DNA of 19,248 nt, from IMG/VR virus record IMGVR_UViG_3300021600_000003, positions 1 through 19,248 of that record; one strand, given 5' to 3'. Below the pieces are notes generated by a model that saw only the letters and a program-made list of their open reading frames with translations, searched no databases and was not told where the DNA came from. Made by a program: the position numbers and the translations under genes. Source of the stretch: a virus (taxonomy: Duplodnaviria; Heunggongvirae; Uroviricota; Caudoviricetes). Shown piece by piece: positions 13,501 through 19,248 of this stretch (position 1 is the stretch's first letter; each line of letters opens with the position of its first letter).

Positions 13501-14910
13501 GTAGGCAGAATAACCTGAAATACCTGAGTAGGCAGAATAACCTGACAATCCAGAATAAGCTGAGTAACCAGATAGTCCTGAATAACCAGAGAAACCAGAT
13601 AGTCCACTATATCCTGAATACCCTGTGTAACCACTGAATCCTGATAAACCTGAATATGCAGAGTATCCACTTAGTCCAGAGTATGCAGAGTATCCTGATA
13701 AACCACTATATGCTGAATATCCTGATATACCAATAAAGCCACTATATCCACTTATTCCACTATAAGCTGAGTAACCAGATACACCACTTCCTGAATAACC
13801 ACTATATCCAGAACGTCCTGAATATGCTGAATAGCCACTGTAACCACTAGTACCAATAAATCCACTGTATCCACTAGTACCTACTGTTGCTGTACCATCA
13901 TAACCACTCCATCCAGAACGTCCACTATATCCACTATAACCTGATGCTGCTGAACCATTTACAACAAATCTTCCAGCAAAACGTTTATCAGGAGTTCCTA
14001 AAACTGTAACTCTTACAACATTAGAAGAAATTTCTTCTACTAAATATGGAGTTACAAGGAAAGGAGTAGATGTCATATCCCATATATCTACAACTAAATT
14101 GAAAGAGTTTAGATTATGAGTAAAATCTATATAGTAATTTCCTCCAGAGGAAACCCAGTCTACTAGAGAAAATACTTGACTCCAAGCTACAGATCCACTT
14201 CCACTATATCCAGAAAAACCACTACTTCCTATTCCACTGTAACCACTATAACCACTAATACCTATTGGTCCAATATAACCACTGTAACCACTTAATCCTA
14301 ATCCACTATAACCTGACCAGCCACTCAAACCACTGCCACTATAACCAGAGTACCCAGTCCAACCACTTTTGCCACTATATCCACTATATCCAGTTCTCCC
14401 ACTTATACCACTATAGGCTGAGTATCCACTAATACCTAGTCCACTATATCCACTCCAACCTGATATACCACTACCACTATAACCAGAATAACCACTATCT
14501 CCACTGTAAGCTGAGTATCCACTCTCTCCTGAATATGCAGAATAACCTGATAACCCCGAGTAGGCAGAATAACCACTTGCACCTAAATAACCACTGTAAC
14601 TAGAGTAGCCACTCTTACCTGAATAGGCTGAGTAACCTGACAATCCTATACCAGAGTAACCACTTATACCCCTTCCAGAATAGCCCGAGAATCCAGAGAA
14701 GACAGCATCACCATCTCTTCCAGAATAACCAGAGTAACCAGATTTTCCATCTATACCATCTGATCCTTGTGCTTGATTACAAATCTTATTTAAAATCGAA
14801 GTGAGTGACTCACCTTTTGTAGTAGGGACACATAACTTTCCCGGACAGTCATCGACTATCTGGGATATACCTATTTCAGGATCAGTGACTACTATGTATT
14901 TCTTATCCAT
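10576..14910 (-). CDS. 1444-aa (Gly-Tyr-Ser)n repeat fibre-like protein, probable tail/head fibre or receptor-binding protein
   Basis: Cys-containing N-terminal cap and three Gly-X-Ser triplet blocks. A FTHNL..VVD.WD small beta domain and a GGFTLDYQW..NPAAG domain separate the blocks; both resemble spacer domains I recall from collagen-repeat phage fibres. Ends in a ~205-aa beta-rich domain (VPFYV..YAGFY..LTPGEWWFG). The virion role is inferred. Confidence 0.75.
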   Translation of the reverse strand: MDKKYIVVTDPEIGISQIVDDCPGKLCVPTTKGESLTSILNKICNQAQGSDGIDGKSGYSGYSGRDGDAVFSGFSGYSGRGISGYSGIGLSGYSAYSGKSGYSSYSGYLGASGYSAYSGLSGYSAYSGESGYSAYSGDSGYSGYSGSGISGWSGYSGLGISGYSAYSGISGRTGYSGYSGKSGWTGYSGYSGSGLSGWSGYSGLGLSGYSGYIGPIGISGYSGYSGIGSSGFSGYSGSGSVAWSQVFSLVDWVSSGGNYYIDFTHNLNSFNLVVDIWDMTSTPFLVTPYLVEEISSNVVRVTVLGTPDKRFAGRFVVNGSAASGYSGYSGRSGWSGYDGTATVGTSGYSGFIGTSGYSGYSAYSGRSGYSGYSGSGVSGYSAYSGISGYSGFIGISGYSAYSGLSGYSAYSGLSGYSAYSGLSGFSGYTGYSGYSGLSGFSGYSGLSGYSAYSGLSGYSAYSGISGYSAYSGKSGYSGYTGYSGYSGYTGYSGYSSSSGYSGYSSSSGYSGYSGQSGFSGYSAYSGLSGYSGYSGSGISGYSGYSAYSGISGFSGYTGYSGYSGISGYSGYSGKSGYSGYTGYSGYSGYTGYSGYSGSGISGYSGYSGFIGTSGYSGYTGISGYSGYSGNSGFSGNVGGFTLDYQWSNSTGGNPAAGFINFSDPVTYSSTTQINLSELDRFSLPMDAFLDSLGPGDHFMIFDPSDLSKAHIWHIDVNLGSAGSPLYDGYTVTYVTGGGTFTNNQNISVSVTLAGESGYSGYIGISGYSAYSGYSGYIGTSGYSGYTGISGYSGYSAYSGLSGYSAYSGLSGYSGYTGYSAYSGISGFSGYSGISGYSAYSGISGYSGYTGYSAYSGKSGYSGYTGYSGYSGYTGYSGYTGYSGYSSSSGFSGYTGYSGYSSSSGFSGYSGLSGYSAYSGLSGYSAYSGLSGYSGYSGLSGYSGFIGNSGYSGYIGISGFSGYSGLSGYSGYTGYSGYSGGGAGSSGFSGYSGLSGYSGYSAYSGLSGYSGYSGISGYSGFTGYSGYSGGGAGSSGFSGYSGNSGYSGYTGISGFSGYSGLSGYSGYTGYSGYSGGGTGSSGFSGYSGSSGYSGYSGSSGYSGYSAYSGISGYSGYSGISGYSGYTGYSGYSGGGNGTSGFSGYSGISGYSGYSGPSGYSGYTGLSGYSGYSGPSGYSGYTGYSGYSGGATGSSGFSGYSGFSGYSGYSGISGYSGYTGYSGYSGYTGYSGYSGTGAPTYNLFEPFQGVPFPNGGITHGSFFAVPFYVDGNINATALKFMLNASQTTNVTAGFSLYAGFYTKNANTLSLASAATGTWSWSSNAASSNLSTVATQWGGYSSIRYYQIASNVSLTPGEWWFGYVFLTGGNLAATLYGMSSAAGTVNIAGSTTVASVAGLNNAMVPYWGHSNATTNAVVTSVASTATGFVYNDIALGLRKPWILLTAM
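11205..12653 (-). repeat. GYS triplet repeat block 3 (about 483 aa)
   Basis: Longest block. Its distal part holds five TGYSGYS-GG(G/A)X-G(S/T)SGFSGYSG higher-order units. Confidence 0.95.
13005..13945 (-). repeat. GYS triplet repeat block 2 (about 313 aa)
   Basis: Recurrent SGYSAYSGL and SGYTGY units and YSSSSG substitutions. Confidence 0.95.
14195..14750 (-). repeat. GYS triplet repeat block 1 (about 185 aa)
   Basis: SGYSGYSG..SGYSAYSGLSGYSAYSGES.. with frequent G-X-G interruptions (SGRGIS, SGIGLS, SGSGIS, SGLGIS). Confidence 0.95.
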
Positions 14911-14986
14911 CTAAGTTTAAAATAATTTTTTTTATGCAGATGACAAAACAATATATCTATCTCATTAAAAATGAGGACAATATATC

Positions 14987-15223
14987 CTAATCCAAATCTA
15001 TCTTTTCATCAATTATCTCCATCTCAGGAATCTCAGGAATATCCTCAACTTCTAATCTTCCTTGAGACATTCTATGAGAAAATGGGTCCTCTATAAAGGT
15101 ACCCAAATCATCTGCTATACAGTTTTGAAAAAATTCATCTACATTCTTTTCCTCTAGTTGAAAGTAGTACTCATATGTTGAGATATAAATAACCTTTCCT
15201 GTGGGTAATGATATATTAGGCAT
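14987..15223 (-). CDS. Small acidic hypothetical phage protein
   Basis: 78 aa (LPTGKVIYISTYEY..DEFFQ..IEDPF) with an acidic tail. The ATG overlaps the upstream stop (TAATG, 15225-15221). It resembles from memory a small LPxGKxIxIS protein of Bacteroidota phages; this is unverified. Confidence 0.75.
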   Translation of the reverse strand: MPNISLPTGKVIYISTYEYYFQLEEKNVDEFFQNCIADDLGTFIEDPFSHRMSQGRLEVEDIPEIPEMEIIDEKIDLD

Positions 15224-18200
15224 TATTTTATACGGTTTTGCATTGAGTTATAAGTCTGCATATAAACTGCAGGTTCAAAAGTATATCCTGTATATCCAAT
15301 AGTATTAAACAATAAAGCAAACAATTTACTATCTCCTTTATCTTTAAATGCACCTAATCCTCCAAAGTTATATGAATAACTCTTACCATTCTGATAGTAT
15401 AATTCTCTACTATAATCTTGACCAAAAGCTTGTAGTATATGTTCCATTGTTAACTTTAGAATACCTGACATATTATCTACTGTAGTTCTAGGAAGTCCAA
15501 TAGGATCCATTATAGCTCTCTTCATCTCCATATATCCTAATCCCCACATAGGTAAAGGAATAAATGTACCAACCTCACCACCAACCCTCATCATTACTAA
15601 TAACATTAACTGTTTAAGATAACCCATTTCTCTCAACTTCTTATTTTTATCCTTATCATCATAATCATATCCAAATCCAAAGAATACGATCATACCAAAT
15701 ATAGCTGTCCATAAAAATTCAGCAAGAGAACGTCTTAAAGCTAATTGTTCTTGAGGACTTTTAGCTATTACATTCCAGTAATCACTAGCGTGTTGAGCAT
15801 CTCTATTCCAAAAAGCTTGAGCAAGATTTCCAATTAAGTTACCCATAGCATAATGGTTACCCATTCTTTCTCTCTGGAGGAAAGGGTCATTTACTCTTCC
15901 ATGCATACGACGTAAGAAGTTACTTGGGAACCATTGTTTTAAAGCTAATCCCCATTGTCCAGCTGTAGTATAAGATATCCATGGTTTATTTGTAGGATAA
16001 TAGTTACCTTGTAAAATAGTATATAATTGCATAAGTTCTCTTCTAACTAATACAACTTGTTTACCATCTAATGGATTCCAATCTTCCTCTAAAGATTTAT
16101 ATATATCTTTAAGACGAATAAATCCATCTGGTCCTAATTCATATAATTCATCTACTGATAAATGTTCTCCATTAAATACTACATTTCTAGATAACATTAC
16201 ACCTAATCCAGTTTGTATAGCCATTAACTTTTCACCCTCAGTACGAGGAGCCATCATCTTAGAACGAATACTACTATATAAAGCCTTCATAGATAATTGA
16301 TGAGATACATGATGAGGAGTAGGTATCATATTAAATACTGCTATAAGCTGTGTATTTAATCCCCAATTTGATTGTTGCCAAAAATCATAATCAAAATCTT
16401 TTAACCATTCTCCTGCTTTTACACTAGATTTAAGATAGTTAGCCCATGCTGATTTTGACATATTAGCCTCAATAAACATTTGAACATTACCTGCAAGAAA
16501 GTTAATTGCACCACCCGGTAAATCCATCATCAAACGCATTCCAGTTAATTTTAATATAAGTTGTGTTGCTTTAGCTAGGAATGGATTATTTAAAATATTT
16601 ACAGGAATCTTATCTAATATTTTTGTATTATACATATCATTAAATATCTCAGCTCTATTAGCATTAACATTTGTAACACCTTTTATTATTGCTTTATCTC
16701 TTGATGCAGTAAATACATCTCTGAATGCTTTAAAGATAGGTTCTACTTCAGTTTTAGCAGACCATTCATTCATATCCTCAAAAAACATAGCAACTCCAGC
16801 AATAGCATCTTCACTAACTCTTTCTATAGGCATAGTACGTGATGAACGTAATTTTACAGTTTCATTGTTTATTGCTAATCCTGTATAAATATCATTATTC
16901 TTAATAGTTGTCTGACCAATATCTTCAAGATAGTTTTGTTCTTCTACTTGTGCTTTTTTACTTCCTAAAAGAGGAACAGCATTTCTTATATAACTCCACA
17001 TACCTTTGGCTTGAGTAAGCATAAACTTTTTCTCCTCAAATTTATCTATATGTCTAGCTGGTAATACTCCATCCAATCTATCTCCCTCATCTAAATCTAA
17101 TTGTTTAGTTAGATAAGCATGTCTAGTAGCAATAAGTAATTTAAAAGCTGTTGGATTAGTATTTTTTAGATTATTATACTCTTTACTCCAATATGGATTT
17201 TCAGTTCCATCTTCTAAATGTTGTGTGGGTAATGGTAACCATTGTCCATTTATATCAACTGTTGCTTTCTCTTTACCAGATAATACATCCTCATCCATCT
17301 CATTTCTTTTCTGGACAACAAATTTATCTCTAACTTTACTTTGAGTAAGAAAACGTGGAGGTTTTTTATCGGTTAATAATGGATCAACTATAGCATTTCT
17401 TACATAAGAGATTGGTGTCCAAGTATTTATATGTTCACCTTCACTAAAATAACTTTTTCTTTTATGAATTGATATATAGTAATCAATTAAATCAGCTAAT
17501 GGATATCCTTCATCAGGATCCTTTTCATTAGCCTCAAGCATTTTCATATAACTTAAAGTGCTCTCAAATAAACCATCACCCATAAATTTCTCAATATCAC
17601 TAGTTAAAGCCATATCAAATGATGATCTATCCTCAACTCTACTTCTATGTAACCACTTGTTCTCTGAATTAAAACTATCATCATTAAGATATTGTTCTAA
17701 GTACATATAGAAATCATGCATTACAACTGAATACTGGAAAGATACACTATTTTGATAAAGTGAACCCAATTGTTGATATAGAGATTCTAATCTAGCTTGT
17801 TGTTCATCAGTTCTTGAACTTCTCTTTAATTGAGAAAATGAACGATACATTATTTCTTCAGCATTATCTAAATTCTCTAGAGTAGTAAATGCTTTCTCTT
17901 TTAAAGTAGCAAAAGCTATTTCAGCTCCTTTTGTCTTAAAAGTAGGATTTAGACTAGATAAATTTTGGAAATCTGAATTATCTCCAGTCTCAGTTTTCTG
18001 TATAGCAGATAAAATTTGTTGAGCTTGAGAATCAGTTAACCCAATATAGTCAGAGAATATTCTTTTAACATCTTCTGCTTTATATATAATAGAATTTTGT
18101 GATATAAGAGTTAATCCAGTTATCATATCAATCCAAGCTAATAACTTTTCTCTTGTTTCTGGTTCTTCTACTTGATTTAGAACTTGAGAATATAAACCTG

Positions 18201-19248
18201 TTCTTGATCTTAGCATATCAATCTCACCTTCCATCTGTTTTAAAACTTTACTAAATAAAACATCTGTTCCATTATCATCTTTAACAGTCATTTGTTTAAG
18301 AGAAGACATATCAGCATCTCCTCTAAAGTCTCTAAGTTGTTTAATATACTTTCTTTCTTTATCAGATAATTGTTGAATTCTATCTTGCATTGCTTTAAAT
18401 GCAATATTTTTACCTAATAAACCATTAAGTTCATCAAATATTTTTGTACGAGCATCATAAAATTCTTGCTTTGGTACATTTAATGTATATAGAGCATCAT
18501 ATTTTTCACCTACTTCTTTTTGAATTTCATCTCTTGTTTTAGTTCCAATTTGTTTACCTGCACTATTATATATAGCATTTCTACCTATATCAATTAAGTG
18601 ACTAACAACATCAGTTACTGTTCTATTACGATGTCCTTGAAGAAGACGAGATGTCCGTAACTCATCTATCTCATATAAATCATTTGTAATATCATATGTA
18701 GTTTTCTCTACATCAGGTAACTTATCAGATAATACTATTAATTTACTTCTTAATCTTGCTATTTTTTCTGTAAGTTCATCATATTGTTTATTTCTAAAAG
18801 TCTCATCAATCATAAAGGCAGCATATTGATGCTGTTCTAATATTAGTAATTTCTTTCTAATATCCTTCATTTCTTTTAATACAGGACTATCATTTTTATT
18901 TTCTTTTAATAAAGCTAACTTATCATAGTAGTCATCAGTAAATGGACGATAAGCTACCTTTCCAAGCCACTTATTAAATTCATCTTTTAATTTTTCTATC
19001 TCAGCTTCTTTAGCAGATATTTCATCTTGAGAACCTGTACTATATAGTATATTTAACTCTTTCTGCATACTATAAATAGCTTTCCACTTTTGTTGTTTAT
19101 GGAAATTAAAGTTAAAGCTATTAGTTTCTGCTAGAAGACATCTTTTTAAAACTTCATTAGTTTCAGAGAAAGGAGTATAAAAAGACTGAATATTTTGTAT
19201 AAGAAGATTTGCATTATAATAACCAATTCCTTGCTTTTCTAATTCATC
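15223..19248 (-). CDS. Giant alpha-helical protein, C-terminal part only (>=1341 aa); probable internal/ejected virion protein
   Basis: The frame stays open upstream of the tracked Met to the window edge (DELEKQGIGYYNANLLIQ..KWKAIYS-MQKE), so 19068 is probably not the start. Charged helical body. C-terminal hydrophobic segments (AEFLWTAIFGMIVFFGFGY; QLMLLVMMRVGGEVGTFIPLPMWGLGY) flank a charged loop (DYDDKDKNKK), as in large cargo/ejection proteins of podovirus-like and crAss-like phages. Confidence 0.7.
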   Translation of the reverse strand, partial: DELEKQGIGYYNANLLIQNIQSFYTPFSETNEVLKRCLLAETNSFNFNFHKQQKWKAIYSMQKELNILYSTGSQDEISAKEAEIEKLKDEFNKWLGKVAYRPFTDDYYDKLALLKENKNDSPVLKEMKDIRKKLLILEQHQYAAFMIDETFRNKQYDELTEKIARLRSKLIVLSDKLPDVEKTTYDITNDLYEIDELRTSRLLQGHRNRTVTDVVSHLIDIGRNAIYNSAGKQIGTKTRDEIQKEVGEKYDALYTLNVPKQEFYDARTKIFDELNGLLGKNIAFKAMQDRIQQLSDKERKYIKQLRDFRGDADMSSLKQMTVKDDNGTDVLFSKVLKQMEGEIDMLRSRTGLYSQVLNQVEEPETREKLLAWIDMITGLTLISQNSIIYKAEDVKRIFSDYIGLTDSQAQQILSAIQKTETGDNSDFQNLSSLNPTFKTKGAEIAFATLKEKAFTTLENLDNAEEIMYRSFSQLKRSSRTDEQQARLESLYQQLGSLYQNSVSFQYSVVMHDFYMYLEQYLNDDSFNSENKWLHRSRVEDRSSFDMALTSDIEKFMGDGLFESTLSYMKMLEANEKDPDEGYPLADLIDYYISIHKRKSYFSEGEHINTWTPISYVRNAIVDPLLTDKKPPRFLTQSKVRDKFVVQKRNEMDEDVLSGKEKATVDINGQWLPLPTQHLEDGTENPYWSKEYNNLKNTNPTAFKLLIATRHAYLTKQLDLDEGDRLDGVLPARHIDKFEEKKFMLTQAKGMWSYIRNAVPLLGSKKAQVEEQNYLEDIGQTTIKNNDIYTGLAINNETVKLRSSRTMPIERVSEDAIAGVAMFFEDMNEWSAKTEVEPIFKAFRDVFTASRDKAIIKGVTNVNANRAEIFNDMYNTKILDKIPVNILNNPFLAKATQLILKLTGMRLMMDLPGGAINFLAGNVQMFIEANMSKSAWANYLKSSVKAGEWLKDFDYDFWQQSNWGLNTQLIAVFNMIPTPHHVSHQLSMKALYSSIRSKMMAPRTEGEKLMAIQTGLGVMLSRNVVFNGEHLSVDELYELGPDGFIRLKDIYKSLEEDWNPLDGKQVVLVRRELMQLYTILQGNYYPTNKPWISYTTAGQWGLALKQWFPSNFLRRMHGRVNDPFLQRERMGNHYAMGNLIGNLAQAFWNRDAQHASDYWNVIAKSPQEQLALRRSLAEFLWTAIFGMIVFFGFGYDYDDKDKNKKLREMGYLKQLMLLVMMRVGGEVGTFIPLPMWGLGYMEMKRAIMDPIGLPRTTVDNMSGILKLTMEHILQAFGQDYSRELYYQNGKSYSYNFGGLGAFKDKGDSKLFALLFNTIGYTGYTFEPAVYMQTYNSMQNRIK

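Noticed and set aside
11109-13670. Alternative-frame ORFs in the fibre gene (11109-11417, 11556-11867, 12177-12383, 12351-12620, 13080-13295, 13329-13670, 13419-13637)
   Set aside because: Their VVIQDIQ/LNNH-type translations are frame shadows of the AGT-GGT-TAT repeat. They lie wholly inside a longer, coherent gene.
11205-14750. Ice-nucleation protein (InaZ-like)
   Set aside because: The repeat has 3-residue periodicity and lacks the 16-residue AGYGSTxTA unit and TxT ladders. Ice activity was not tested, but family identity is unsupported.
11205-14750. CRISPR array or DGR template/variable repeat
   Set aside because: There is no constant repeat with unique spacers, and the variation is in-frame and synonymous. 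No reverse transcriptase or adenine-specific mismatch pair was seen.
14951-14986. Inverted repeat CTCATT-AAA-AATGAG with outer ATATAT arms as a terminator before the fibre gene
   Set aside because: AT-rich stem with a 3x3 internal loop and only a broken U-tract (UGUUUUG). Too weak to call.
14993-15000. TAGATTTG as a -7 promoter for the fibre gene
   Set aside because: It lies inside a coding region with no -33 partner, and the motif occurs readily by chance in AT-rich DNA.
1-19248. Recoded stop codons (TAG or TGA readthrough, as in some crAss-like phages)
   Set aside because: All long genes are open in the standard code. The single TAG stop (14989-14987) is followed by another in-frame TAG 30 nt later, and the TGA at 2183-2181 by an in-frame TAG, so readthrough adds nothing coherent.
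1-19248. Eukaryotic giant-virus origin, suggested by GT17 and collagen-like fibres
   Set aside because: Overlapping stop/start operon packing, Bacteroidota promoter consensus and phage-style cargo and fibre proteins favour a bacteriophage. No hallmark capsid, terminase or polymerase gene is in the window, so taxonomy remains an inference.

Overview
AT-rich window with 10 tightly packed genes from the ORF track plus one partial gene and up to two unlisted mini-ORFs, all on the minus strand. It most likely comes from a large tailed phage of a Bacteroidota host (crAss-like or related); this is inferred from gene style, virion-type proteins and TTTG-N20-TAnnTTTG promoters. In transcription order (right to left): the C-terminal >=1341 aa of a giant helical, probably ejected virion protein (open off the right edge); a 78-aa acidic protein; a 1444-aa fibre-like protein with roughly 980 residues of (Gly-Tyr-Ser)n-type triplets split by globular domains; and a glycan-building cassette. 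The cassette holds a GT-A glycosyltransferase, a class I SAM methyltransferase, a 1957-aa eight-module enzyme (GT2-MT-GT2-GT2-MT-GT17-GT17-GT2), a GT2 fused to half of a GT9-like enzyme, and the other GT9-like half as a separate gene. It is followed by a beta-rich protein, a BspA-like LRR protein and a partial unknown gene. The best candidate for an undescribed system is a phage-encoded glycosylation and O-methylation assembly line next to a Ser-saturated, almost proline-free Gly-X-Y fibre that may be its substrate. The enzyme-substrate link is inference. All family assignments come from reading motifs, not from database searches, and domain boundaries are approximate.
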